Shown in pieces: positions 19,521-29,220 of a stretch of 64,000 bases of DNA; the first letter of the stretch is position 1, and each line of letters starts with the position of its first letter. Under the pieces are notes generated by a model, which searched no databases, was not told the DNA's origin, and saw nothing but the letters and a program-made list of their open reading frames with translations. The position numbers and the translations under genes were made by a program. The DNA is from Longimicrobiales bacterium (GTDB lineage: Bacteria; Gemmatimonadota; Gemmatimonadetes; Longimicrobiales; Gaopeijiaceae): NCBI GenBank assembly GCA_965249725.1, contig CBDFMQ010000002.1, forward strand, positions 224,001 through 288,000, given 5' to 3'.

Positions 19521-21790
19521 ATGCCACTTCACCTGACGCTCGCCGCCGTGCTTCTCGCGGTCCAAGTCCCGACCGACGGGACGATCGAGGGCGTCGTACG
19601 TGGATACGAGTCGACGGCGGGGAGGACTCTCGCGTACGCAACGGTCGAGGCGGCGGCGGCCGGGGAGCACCGGAGTGCGGTTGCCGACAGCCTGGGCCGA
19701 TACCGGTTCGAGGCTCTGCCGGCCGGCCTCGTACGCCTACGCATCAGTCACCCGGGTCATCGGTCGGCCCGGGTGGACGTGCAGGTGCCCGCCGGCGGCA
19801 CGGTGGCCCTGGACGTCGACCTGGAGGCACAGCCGATCCTACTCTCACCGATCGAGGTGCTGAGTGGTGGGGTCGTGCGGGGAAGGGCCCCACCGGGGTC
19901 GACGCTCCCATCCCCGAGATGGAGGTGGTCACTCTGGCTTTGAGCCCCGGGCTCGGCGAAGCGGGACTGGGAGAGGCGGCGGCGACGCTGCCCGGAAATG
20001 ACCCCGCCGATCCGTCCGACGTCCTCTTCATGCGGGGATCGACCACAGATCTGAAGCTCGTCCTGTTGGACGGGGCGCTGGTATACACACCGTTCCATCT
20101 GGGCGGACTGATCAGCAGCTTCGACGCCTTCGTTCTCGGAGGGGCGGCGCTTCACGTCGGGGGTGCGCCTGCCCGCTACGACGGGGGGCTCTCGTACATC
20201 TTGGACCTCCGAACCAGGACCCCGAGGCGCGACCGGCTGAGGGCGCGGGGGGGACTCGACCTAATCAGCGGGCAGGTGGCCCTGGAGGGGCCCCTCGGTA
20301 AGAAGGCCGGCTTCGCCATCTCCTCCCGCGCCCTGCACGATCTCGGTGCCGGTGCCCTGGGAGGCTCACACAACCCGTACGGGTATCGTGACGCTCTCGG
20401 TCGAGTGGACGCAGAGATCGCGGACGGCCATCAACTGAGCGCGACCGCCTTCTGGAATCGGGAGTCGGTCCTTCTCGCAGTCGACGGTCAGTCCGCATCG
20501 GCGGCTCCAGGTCCTGAAGATGCTTCGTGGGGCAATCAGGCACTGGTGATGGCCTACCGTGGGGTCCTCGGCGATGTGACGCTCGACGCGGCGGCCTCGG
20601 CCAGTGGGTACCAAGCCGACCTGCCGCTGCGACCGACAGACACCGACTCCACGACAACGTCAGAGGGCCTGCTCGCCAGTGCGGAGACGGCCCGTCTGAG
20701 ACTTACGCTGGACGCCTCAGCTCCGCTGGGTGGAACCCGCATCCGCTTTGGAGGGGCTGTCGACCAGGTGACCACGCGGTATTCGGCTCGAGAGTTCGCG
20801 GACCTCGAGCTCGGGCCCGGGGACAAGACGGAAGCGAAAGGGATCGTGTCCGGGGCCTACCTGGACGGCGTCTTCGGCCTCGCTCCGGGTCTCGACTTGC
20901 GAGCGGGAGCGAGGGTCGACGCTTTCTCCACCGAGTCCCGCCTGCGGGTGGCTCCGCGGGTGGCTTTCCTTTGGAGCCTGAGCGGGGATGCCTTGCTCAC
21001 CGTGGCCGCGGGACGGTACCACCAGTATACGCGTGCGTCCGAGGAGCAGGTCGAGTTGGCGGTATCGGACGGAGCCCGGGCGGACGTGACCGGACCGCTC
21101 CTGTCCGTGGCGGCAGCCGACCACGTGGTGCTGTCGCTCGATCAAAGACTCGGCCGCGGCGTACGCCTCGGCGTCGAGGGCTTCTGGAAGGGCTTCTCCG
21201 GTCTCGCGACGCCCGACGACGACGTCCTACGCAGTTCCGGGGTCGACCTGCGCGTTACCCACACGAATCAGCGGGCGACCGCCTGGCTGGGGTACAACCT
21301 CGCCTGGTTCTGGTCGGGGACGAGTGGCTTGAGCGCGTCCAATTTCGCGGGGCGTCAACTCTTGAGTGCAGGGATCACCGGCATGCTCGCGGGACGCACC
21401 GGGGGCAGTTTGCGGGTCGCCTACTCGGCGGGTCTGCCTTACACCAGCATTCCGTTCGGTCAGCGGACCGAAGACGCGGTCACCTCCGGGGGGGACGGTC
21501 CGGCTGCGCCGCAAACACCCCAGCTGCCGGGCGACGCAGCACAGGAGGACCCGGTGTTCGGTGGAGAGCCCGACGACGGCTTCCTGCGCCTCGATCTGGA
21601 GCTCTTCGCCCGCTTCAATCCCAGCATCGGTGGACGGTCGGTCGAGATCCGTCCCTACGTGCGTCTGATCAACGCCTTGGACCAGCGCGATGCGCTATTC
21701 TACTACTTCGAGCCGTGGCGGGACGAGGAGCTGCGGCCCTTGGCGGAGCGCTCGGTCCTGCCGGTCTTCGGGATGGAGTGGCGGTTCTAG
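19521..21790 (+). pseudogene. TonB-dependent receptor with N-terminal carboxypeptidase-regulatory-like domain; frameshifted near 19869-19884 (error or real)
   Basis: ORF 19521..19943 carries a signal peptide and ADSLGRYRF..LPAG. ORF 19919..21790 carries the plug (MRGS...LLDG...FHLGG...PARYDGGLS), the barrel and C-terminal WRF. One added base joins them. Confidence 0.75.
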
Positions 21791-22518
21791 CGGGGCTCGA
21801 ACACGAAGTTGTTCGCGTAGGGGGCCCGGCCGAACGTCTGGTGCGTGTCGAGGTCGAACTCGCACACGTCGATCAGGTCACCACGCCAGAAGAACCTGCC
21901 CTGATATCCGAGATTCTCCAGATACTGGAAGACCTCCGTGACCGCCCGGTCGGGATCGTGTCTGGCCTCACACTCGAAGAGTAGGAGCGGACGGTCCTGT
22001 GTGAGGACCGCTTCGGCGCCCCGGAACAAGTCCAGCTCATGTCCCTCCACATCGACCTTGATGAGGTCTACCGGTCGGCCGAGCTGTCTCTCGCCGAGGA
22101 AGTCGTCCAGCGTGTCGGTCCGGACCGTATACCGCCGCGCGTCGGGACCCGCCAGCGCTCCGACCAGCGAGGCGTCTTGAGACGGACCGCCCCCCGGGGC
22201 GTGCAGGGTACGATCGCCGCCTGATCCGGAGAGTCCTGCCTCTTCGATGTTCACATTGGACCAGCCGAAGCCCGCTACGGCCCGGCGTAGGAATGTGGCC
22301 AGTTCGGGCTGGGGTTCGAACGAGAAGACATGCCCCGAGGCGCCGACCTCCTCCCTCATCCCGTAGGTGTACCCGCCCTTGTACGCCCCCGCATCGACCA
22401 CTACGCCCCCGGGCCGTAGGACGCCGCGCATCCAGCGGATCTCGTCGGGAGCGAGCTTGGTCCGGTATCGCCAGGCTCGATGCCGACACTCCAGGCGCCA
22501 GTAGAAGCTCGAGATCAT
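21787..22518 (-). CDS. FkbM family methyltransferase
   Basis: VVDAGAYKG, FSFEP, TLDD and LIKVDVEGHE. Confidence 0.9.
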   Translation of the reverse strand: MISSFYWRLECRHRAWRYRTKLAPDEIRWMRGVLRPGGVVVDAGAYKGGYTYGMREEVGASGHVFSFEPQPELATFLRRAVAGFGWSNVNIEEAGLSGSGGDRTLHAPGGGPSQDASLVGALAGPDARRYTVRTDTLDDFLGERQLGRPVDLIKVDVEGHELDLFRGAEAVLTQDRPLLLFECEARHDPDRAVTEVFQYLENLGYQGRFFWRGDLIDVCEFDLDTHQTFGRAPYANNFVFEPR

Positions 22519-22567
22519 GCGATGCGGTCGTCTCAACGTGAAGGGACTCAGGGTCGCCAACCTAGCC

Positions 22568-22596
22568 GGAACCGGCCGTGGTCGCTTTATGCGTCA
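22568..22596 (+). promoter_or_regulatory. Candidate ECF-type promoter
   Basis: GGAACC-N17-GCGTCA, about 90 bp upstream of the RBS/ATG at 22685. Confidence 0.3.
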
Positions 22597-22684
22597 CAAA
22601 GCCCTCGCCTGATTCGTTTCACCTTCAGCACCGGGTCTGGCCTCGTGCCTGCCCCCACACCGTTCCTTCGGTAGGAGAGACGCT

Positions 22685-24189
22685 ATGAGCGCTACGCTAC
22701 AGTATCTATCTCGGCAGTTCCCCCCCTCCTTTTTTCAGCCTGCTTCTGCTGTGCCCTCGTGGCGGCCATGCCGGACCCGGGTGCCTCCCAGCTCATTTCG
22801 CTGAAGACCGTGCCTGTGGCGACGGGCGATCAGTTCCTGACGCTCCCCTCGGAAAAGATCGGCATGGGCGGTGTGTCCATCGCCCTCGACGACGCGCTCC
22901 TCGACCCCTTCGTGAACCCCGCAAAGGGCTCTCTCATCGAGGAGTCGGCACTGCTCGGTTCCCCGACGTTCTATGGGGTCTCCAACGGGAATGGTGGGGG
23001 GCAGACTCTTCCCATCGCGGCTCTGTTCCGCTCGGGCCAGGGTTTCGGCGGACTCTCCTTCGCACTCCAGCAGATCGATGGACGAAATACCGGAGGCAAC
23101 TTCTTCCTTCCGGTGGACGCGATCTGGATCGGACCTCAGCCGCGTCTGAGCGAACTCTCGGCTACTAACGTCTACGTCGACGGCTTCGTCGGCTTCGAGT
23201 TGGGCGAGACCGGTCTCTCGTTGGGTGCCGGAGTCTCGTGGGCAGGCCTCGACGCGTTAGACGGCGTGGAGCACCTCTACTCGCTCGCCGACGGCATTGT
23301 CCAGTCGGGCCATGCGGCCGACTACCGTCTGGGTGTGTTCTCCGACCGGGATGGGCGGCAGTTCGAGGCGGTGTTCGTTCACAACCGGTTCGACATGACT
23401 CATGACGTGTCGTACATCGATTGGACATGGGATGAAACGGACCAGATCCCGATTATCACCACCCGCCTGGAGATCAACGAGGACAAGACCAACACGACCG
23501 GCTTTCACCTCGGGTTCGCCCGACCCATCACCGAGAGTGGATGGCGGGTGGGTGGGACGTGGACGGTGAACCGGAAGTCCCATCCCAAGATTCCCAACTA
23601 CGAGATCATGAACATTCCGCGGGCCCCCGGCGTTTCGTGGGCCTACGACTTCGGCGTCGGCATCGCCAAGTCCAGTGGTCCGGCAACGTTCGGCATCGAC
23701 CTGGTCTTCGAGCCGATCTGGAGTGACACGTGGGTGGAGGCCGAAGCCGACACCACCGCTGCCGACGGAGCTACGATCCGAAAGGGCGATAGGACGGTCG
23801 AGAACCAGTTCTTCTTCACGAACGTCCAGATGCGCCTGGGACTGGCTCACGAGACGGAGCGCCTCGGGTTCCAGTTGGGCGTAGAGGTGCGTTCCTACGA
23901 CTATTCGCTCGAGCAGCGTGACAATCTGGAGAATACGGTCCGAGATCAGGACGAAAGCTGGATGGAGTGGACCCCGAGCCTCGGTGCCAGAGTGAAGTTC
24001 CCGGAGTTCGAGCTCGGATACGTAGGCCGGATGACGACGGGATCGGGGCGGCCGGGAGTGCAGTGGGAGGGTCCACGGGCGACCGCGGCGGCCGACGCCG
24101 ACTTCATTGTCGCGCCGAGTGGCCCGTTGACCCTGCAGGACGCCCGCGTGCTCACGCACCAGGTGATGGTGTCGATCCCGATTCGCTGA
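22685..24189 (+). CDS. Outer-membrane beta-barrel protein (FadL/PorV-like start); frameshift in signal-peptide region
   Basis: GMGGVSIALDD..FVNPA N-terminal motif and alternating beta strands. The RBS (AGGAGAG) plus ATG at 22685 is out of frame with the main ORF (22759..24189) across C/T homopolymers at about 22720-22735. Confidence 0.65.
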
Positions 24190-24193
24190 AGAT

Positions 24194-24272
24194 GGGGGGC
24201 GGCCCAGCGGTTCCGTTCGAGCGCTGCCATCCAGCGCTTCCATCCAACGGATCCTTACCGTGGGGCCGCCCC
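24194..24272. terminator. Long imperfect stem-loop between convergent genes
   Basis: Nested pairings GGGGCGGCCC/GGGCCGCCCC, TCCGTT/AACGGA and AGCGCTG/CAGCGCT with a CCATC loop. No U-tract. Confidence 0.5.
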
Positions 24273-25148
24273 TCAGTCCCCGGTACGCAGGCCTTCCTTG
24301 ATGTAGGCGAGCTCCGAGCGCGCCCACTCCGCGTGCTCTCCGTCGGGCCGTCGCTCGAGGTATCGAGCGAGATCGGGAGCCGCTCGGGCGGGGTCTCCGA
24401 GGTGCTTCGAGGAGATTTCATGGATCTGGCGTACGAACCGCGCCTCTTCGTGTCTCTCGAAGTGCACTACCTCTAGTGCTGTCCGCAGAATCTCGATGGC
24501 CTCCTCGGGAAGGTCCATGCGGATCGTGAGATGGGCCAGGCGCGAGTAGGGGAGGGGGCTGCGACGGTCCGTCCGGATAGCCTTTCTGTAGAGCGCGGCT
24601 GCACCCTCGAGGTCTCCTCGCTTCGCCAACGCGTCGGGGTGGGAGTAGTCCGACTTCCGCGGTTGGGCCCACCCACGTCCGAGGCCCAACAAGTTGGCCG
24701 CGTGGTCGGCGCCGGAGCCGAGGACGAGGTACTCCATGGATATCGTGTAGAGGGCCCCCACACCGATCGCCGTGGCGACGGCCGGCACCACCGGAGCGCC
24801 CAACACGCTTGTGAAGAGAAAGATCAGGCCTCCGACCACACCGATTTCCCAGGCCAAGACCGCTAGTCCCCCCATCCCGACCCGATCGGCCGCGGATGCA
24901 ATCACGGGGATCAACCGCTGCCCTAGGTAGAAGAAGAGCCCGAAGCCGCCAGCCCCCAGAGCGCTCCACAACAGCGTGGAGCCCTCGCCGATCGCGGGGG
25001 CGGAGAAGAAGCCCCACGTGAGCCCCGCGAGCAGGATGAAGGGCATCGTGAGGAGGAGTTGAATTCTGCGGCGAGCCTTGTGGGCGGCGGTTTCCGTCCA
25101 GAGGGATCGGAGCGCGAGGCTCTTGAGACGGACCACGACGCCTGCCAT
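24273..25148 (-). CDS. Membrane protein with C-terminal TPR-like domain
   Basis: About 4 TM helices followed by RGDLEGAAALYRKAI..PYSRLA..EEAIEILR. ATG at 25148. Confidence 0.65.
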   Translation of the reverse strand: MAGVVVRLKSLALRSLWTETAAHKARRRIQLLLTMPFILLAGLTWGFFSAPAIGEGSTLLWSALGAGGFGLFFYLGQRLIPVIASAADRVGMGGLAVLAWEIGVVGGLIFLFTSVLGAPVVPAVATAIGVGALYTISMEYLVLGSGADHAANLLGLGRGWAQPRKSDYSHPDALAKRGDLEGAAALYRKAIRTDRRSPLPYSRLAHLTIRMDLPEEAIEILRTALEVVHFERHEEARFVRQIHEISSKHLGDPARAAPDLARYLERRPDGEHAEWARSELAYIKEGLRTGD

Positions 25149-25150
25149 TC

Positions 25151-25519
25151 CTATCCGCTCGGCTCCAGCCAGGTGGTTTCCCCCCCGAGATTGATGGCGA
25201 GGTGCTCCCCCTCGCTTCCCGGGGCGGCCCCGTGCCAGTGCTCCTCCCCGGGATCCACAACGACTAGGTCCCCCGGATGGAGCAGGGTTTCGGTGCCGTC
25301 GCGATTCACGACTATGCACGTTCCAGCGAGGCCGTAGAGCAACTGGATATCGTCGTGGCGGTGCCAATTCATGCGCAATCCCCCGCCGAACGCTACTCGG
25401 TAGATCCGTAACGGTAGGTCCTGGTCCCGCCCGAGCAGCGTCTGGACGAAGGCGGGAAGAACGAAGGTGTTCTCGTCCGCACTGTTTCGAGGGAGGCGTG
25501 CGCCGTCGATGGACTTCAT
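25151..25519 (-). CDS. Cupin domain protein
   Basis: WHRH...Q and PGDLVVVDPGEEHWHGA. Confidence 0.85.
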   Translation of the reverse strand: MKSIDGARLPRNSADENTFVLPAFVQTLLGRDQDLPLRIYRVAFGGGLRMNWHRHDDIQLLYGLAGTCIVVNRDGTETLLHPGDLVVVDPGEEHWHGAAPGSEGEHLAINLGGETTWLEPSG

Positions 25520-25567
25520 GGCTCGGTCGTCTCGGGTTCGGGGTTGAGAACTACCTCGGGTTGAGCA

Positions 25568-25918
25568 CTACCTCTGAATGATGTCGAAGACCAGCCCAAA
25601 CGGGTCTTTGAAGTACACGCCCCCGGAAGCGAGCTGCACCGTGTCACAGCCGGCGGAAGCGAGATGGTCCTTGGCAGCCGCCAGGTCTGGGACGTCGAAC
25701 GAAGGGATGAAGGAAATCAGGTTGTCTTCGTCTCGGTTGACGTAGATGCGCAATGCGCCGCTGTCCACCTCGAGGTAGTCGGCTGACATGGTCACCAGCC
25801 TGAATCCCAGGACATCGACGTAGAAGGCTCTCGCTGCGTCGAGATCCGGGACGTGGATTGCGACCTCAGCGTTCGACTTGAACGTCACATCGGGTGTGCT
25901 CGCTTCATCTTGGTCCAT
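25568..25918 (-). CDS. VOC/glyoxalase family protein
   Basis: AIHVPDLDAARAFYVDVLGF and YFKDPFG. Confidence 0.88.
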   Translation of the reverse strand: MDQDEASTPDVTFKSNAEVAIHVPDLDAARAFYVDVLGFRLVTMSADYLEVDSGALRIYVNRDEDNLISFIPSFDVPDLAAAKDHLASAGCDTVQLASGGVYFKDPFGLVFDIIQR

Positions 25919-25964
25919 GGTGCCTCGGGAGAATCGTCTGAGAGAAAGGTGGCTTCGCTGAGAT

Positions 25965-27317
25965 CTATCTACCGCTGCTCGTCATGACGGCCTCGATTTC
26001 CTCGGCCGTGTAGGGAAGTCCCGCGCTCAGCACCTCGTGTCCATCCTCGGTCACCAGGATCATGTCCTCCAGGTAGAACGCATCCGGCCCGACCGCGAAC
26101 ATGGGCTCGAAGGCGAGGACCGAGCCGGCCTCCAACGTGGGTAGGGCCTCCTCACCGCTCTCCACCCCCACGCCGTGTACACTCCAGATGCCCCGACCGG
26201 CCTCTGAGAGCAGGAAGTCACCCGCTCCGCGTCCCTGGGACGTGCGGAGGTCGGGCGCTAGCTCCTCGATCCTCGCCACCGCGGCGGCTCCCACCTCGGT
26301 TCTGGTGACACCGGCGCGCATAACGCTCATGCCCGCCTTGTAGCCCTCGATCAGGAGGTTCCACGCCTCACGCTGACCGGCGCCGAAAAAGCCGGATACC
26401 GGTATCGTGCGGCCCACGTCGCCCCCGTAGTGACCGTCGGCGCAGCCCACGTCCATCCGGACCAACTCGCCCGCCTGCATGGTGCGGTCGAGGGCCTCGT
26501 AGTCGTAGAAGGCCCGCACCAGCTGTCCGACGTGGGCGTTCGGCCCCGACATGGTCCAGGGCCAGAACGAAGGCCCCTCCGCACCGGCGGCGAGGCATCC
26601 GTTCACCACCGCGGCCTCCGAGTCGCGCTGGGCGATTCCGGGTCTCACGGCCCTCATTCCGGCAAGGAGGGCCGCCGCAGTCATGCGAGCGTTCCTCCGC
26701 AGAATGTCCGATTCGGCGTCAGACTTCACCCAGCGCATCGCAGAGATGGCCGGTCGAGCGGATTCGATCCGGGCCGAGGGAAAGGCCTCCGTCACGGCTG
26801 CCTGCCAAAGGGTGGACGCGCCCGCGACGGGACGGAAGCCCGGTGGGTTGCCCGTCGACTCCGGACGTCGCGAAGCGTCCACATACAGGGTCGTCACGCC
26901 GTCACCCATCCGGCCCTCGATGTAGCCTGCGAGTCCGTCCCACGATCTGACGCTGGTGAACCCATGCTTCTGGGCGGCCTCGGGTGTGGTGGGCAGTACG
27001 AGGCTCTCCACCGGCCGTCCGAAGGAGAGCGGTGCAGAAGACACGAAGAGATGTGCTTCTCTTCTGGGGCCGTCCAAGGCCAACACCGCATCAGGATGAT
27101 TGGCGAGGCCCGTGAAGTAGTAGAACGTCGCGTCCTGGCGGAAGGTGGGCTGATCCTCGTCCTTGGCTCCGGACCGCGCGTGCAGCAGCACGATGCCGTC
27201 CGAGACCGTGTCCATGAGCCGGGCTCGGCGGTCGCGATGCTCGGCCTGAGGAATGCCCTGCGCGCCCAGGGGTCCGGCCAACAACGTGATGCCGAGGAAA
27301 ACGAGACAGACCCTCAC
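25965..27317 (-). CDS. Exported aminopeptidase P-like M24 metallopeptidase
   Basis: Signal peptide; FRQDATFYYFTG, RWVKS..E, MDVG, GDVGRT, HGVG, FEP and LED ligands. Confidence 0.88.
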   Translation of the reverse strand: MRVCLVFLGITLLAGPLGAQGIPQAEHRDRRARLMDTVSDGIVLLHARSGAKDEDQPTFRQDATFYYFTGLANHPDAVLALDGPRREAHLFVSSAPLSFGRPVESLVLPTTPEAAQKHGFTSVRSWDGLAGYIEGRMGDGVTTLYVDASRRPESTGNPPGFRPVAGASTLWQAAVTEAFPSARIESARPAISAMRWVKSDAESDILRRNARMTAAALLAGMRAVRPGIAQRDSEAAVVNGCLAAGAEGPSFWPWTMSGPNAHVGQLVRAFYDYEALDRTMQAGELVRMDVGCADGHYGGDVGRTIPVSGFFGAGQREAWNLLIEGYKAGMSVMRAGVTRTEVGAAAVARIEELAPDLRTSQGRGAGDFLLSEAGRGIWSVHGVGVESGEEALPTLEAGSVLAFEPMFAVGPDAFYLEDMILVTEDGHEVLSAGLPYTAEEIEAVMTSSGR

Positions 27318-27522
27318 TCCGACCTCCAGCGTTGGACTCGATCAGGCCGGGACGTGTATGGGGGTCCCGGTGCGCTATGCGTTCCGGGCGGACGAGCAAG
27401 ATGCCGGGAGGCGCGTGAAGACAACCTTTGCCGGAGGCCCGATAGCCGCAAGCGAGGTGTGCGCGCGCTGGGTACAGCTGCCGATCCGGGGTCGGGGCTG
27501 CTGGGACGACGAGATTAGGGCG

Positions 27523-29031
27523 TCAGCGAATCCGAATGCGCGCGAAACCGGTCTCGTCCGAACGGAAGCGGTATGTCTGCACTGAGACGATGTCCCCGCG
27601 AGCGGCATCGGCGAGAACATTCTCGATATCCTGCTCGGAACGGACGCGCACGTCATTCACGTGGGTGATGATGTCATAGTCGGCGAAGATCTTGCCGTAC
27701 GACGGCCCGGCAGGGTAGACCCCAATGACTTCGGGTCCGACGTTCTCGGGGGCGACGTCACCACGAGGTCCGGGCCCACCATCGAACCCCATCAGACAGA
27801 TCCCCAAGGGATGGTTCGAACACGGCAGCTCAACCTCATCCTCATGCCATCCTTCTGCCGAAGTAACGTCGTCGTCGATCTCCTCAGCACCCAGGTGCAC
27901 TGTCAGGTTCTCCACGACGCCCGCTTCCCGATGTACCGTCAGGACCACACTGTCACCCGGTGCCTTGAACCAGACACTCTGTTGGAGTTGGGCGACGGAC
28001 ATCACGCGGTAGCCGTCCACGTCGACGATCACGTCTCCCGGCCGGAGACCAGCTCGGCGCGCCGGACCGTCCTCGTCCCCTATGTCCTGCACGACGACTC
28101 CGCAGATCGTCTCGAGGCCCACGGCGTATGCGTCCTCAGAGGTTGCCCGTGACGTGGCGGCGCCGAGGACACCTCGGGTCACGTGTCCCTGCTGCATGAG
28201 TTGCGACACTACCGGGAGGATCAGCTTGGCCGGAATAGCCAGGGTGTACCCCTGGTAGTATCCGGACCGGCTTGCGATGGCCGAGTTCATTCCGACGATT
28301 TGCCCGTAGAGGTCCACCAGAGGTCCCCCCGAGTTTCCACTGTTCGCTACAGCGTCGGTCTGGATGTACTCCTGCACAGAGCCTCTCGACTTGGGCATGA
28401 GCATGGAGCGGTCGGTCGCGCTCACAATACCTGCGGTGACGCTGAACATCAGCGTGTTGCCCATCGGGTTGCCGATGGCCAGGACCCACTCACCCACTCG
28501 GAGCTGGCCGGAGTCCCCAAGGAACGCGGTCGGCAGGTTCGACTCGTGTATTCGCAGGACAGCGATATCGCTCAGGACGTCTTCACCGACGATCTGTGCT
28601 TCGTACTCGCGGCCGTCGAAGAGGCGCACGAACACGCGTCGTGCGCCATTGATCACATGCTGATTGGTGACGATGTAGCCGTTGGGTAGGATGATGAACC
28701 CTGTGCCCGTGCTTGTGGAGACCCGCGGGCGGGCCCCGGCAAAGGCGCCCCGGAGGCTCAAGGGCATGTTCGATGGCGTGCGGAGGCCTGCGGTCACAGT
28801 CTCGACCCTGATGAAGACGACCGCGGGCCGAACTGCATGTGCCACCGAGGCGAAGGCGTTCCCGAGTTGTAGCGCCGAGGCGGTACCCTCGATCTCGACT
28901 TGCCGCTCATCGCCGCCGGACGACGGTCCGGTCGAGGCCGCCGATACACCGTTGAGAGGGAGGATGGACGCGGCACTCAGCACGAGGGCGAAGCGTCGCC
29001 CGCTGCCTCTCGTAATCTTTGCTCGTCTCAT
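27523..29031 (-). CDS. HtrA/DegP-family serine protease with PDZ domains
   Basis: GTGFII, TNQHV, SDIAVL and QTDA..NSGNSGGPL, followed by PDZ-like regions. ATG 29031 with RBS. Confidence 0.92.
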   Translation of the reverse strand: MRRAKITRGSGRRFALVLSAASILPLNGVSAASTGPSSGGDERQVEIEGTASALQLGNAFASVAHAVRPAVVFIRVETVTAGLRTPSNMPLSLRGAFAGARPRVSTSTGTGFIILPNGYIVTNQHVINGARRVFVRLFDGREYEAQIVGEDVLSDIAVLRIHESNLPTAFLGDSGQLRVGEWVLAIGNPMGNTLMFSVTAGIVSATDRSMLMPKSRGSVQEYIQTDAVANSGNSGGPLVDLYGQIVGMNSAIASRSGYYQGYTLAIPAKLILPVVSQLMQQGHVTRGVLGAATSRATSEDAYAVGLETICGVVVQDIGDEDGPARRAGLRPGDVIVDVDGYRVMSVAQLQQSVWFKAPGDSVVLTVHREAGVVENLTVHLGAEEIDDDVTSAEGWHEDEVELPCSNHPLGICLMGFDGGPGPRGDVAPENVGPEVIGVYPAGPSYGKIFADYDIITHVNDVRVRSEQDIENVLADAARGDIVSVQTYRFRSDETGFARIRIR

Positions 29032-29089
29032 CTCGACCTCCTTGACTGGCCCTGCACTCAGCAAACGGACCTTTCCGTATCAGATTGAA

Positions 29090-29105
29090 TGCAACGGCCG
29101 TGCCA
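29090..29105 (-). promoter_or_regulatory. Sigma-54 (-24/-12) promoter of the HtrA gene
   Basis: Minus strand TGGCAC-GGCCG-TTGCA is an exact match to TGGCAC-N5-TTGCW, about 60 bp upstream of the start codon. Confidence 0.8.
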
Positions 29106-29159
29106 GAGCGTGAATCGAGTAGCCGAAAGGAAAGCGGTGGTGGGATAACCGGCATCCGT

Positions 29160-29194
29160 CGGAAGTGTTTTCCGAAGGCCGGAATTGTTTTCCG
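29160..29194. promoter_or_regulatory. Twin palindromic sites, candidate enhancer-binding-protein UAS
   Basis: CGGAAGTGTTTTCCG (29160-29174) and CGGAATTGTTTTCCG (29180-29194); each is CGGAA-N5-TTCCG, with a 20-bp period. Confidence 0.6.
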
Positions 29195-29215
29195 TGACCC
29201 GGAGGAGGGTCACGG
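29192..29215. terminator. Hairpin just downstream of the cysteine synthase gene
   Basis: CCGTGACCC-GGAGGA-GGGTCACGG perfect 9-bp stem; no U-tract on the minus strand. Confidence 0.45.
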
Positions 29216-29220
29216 CAAGG

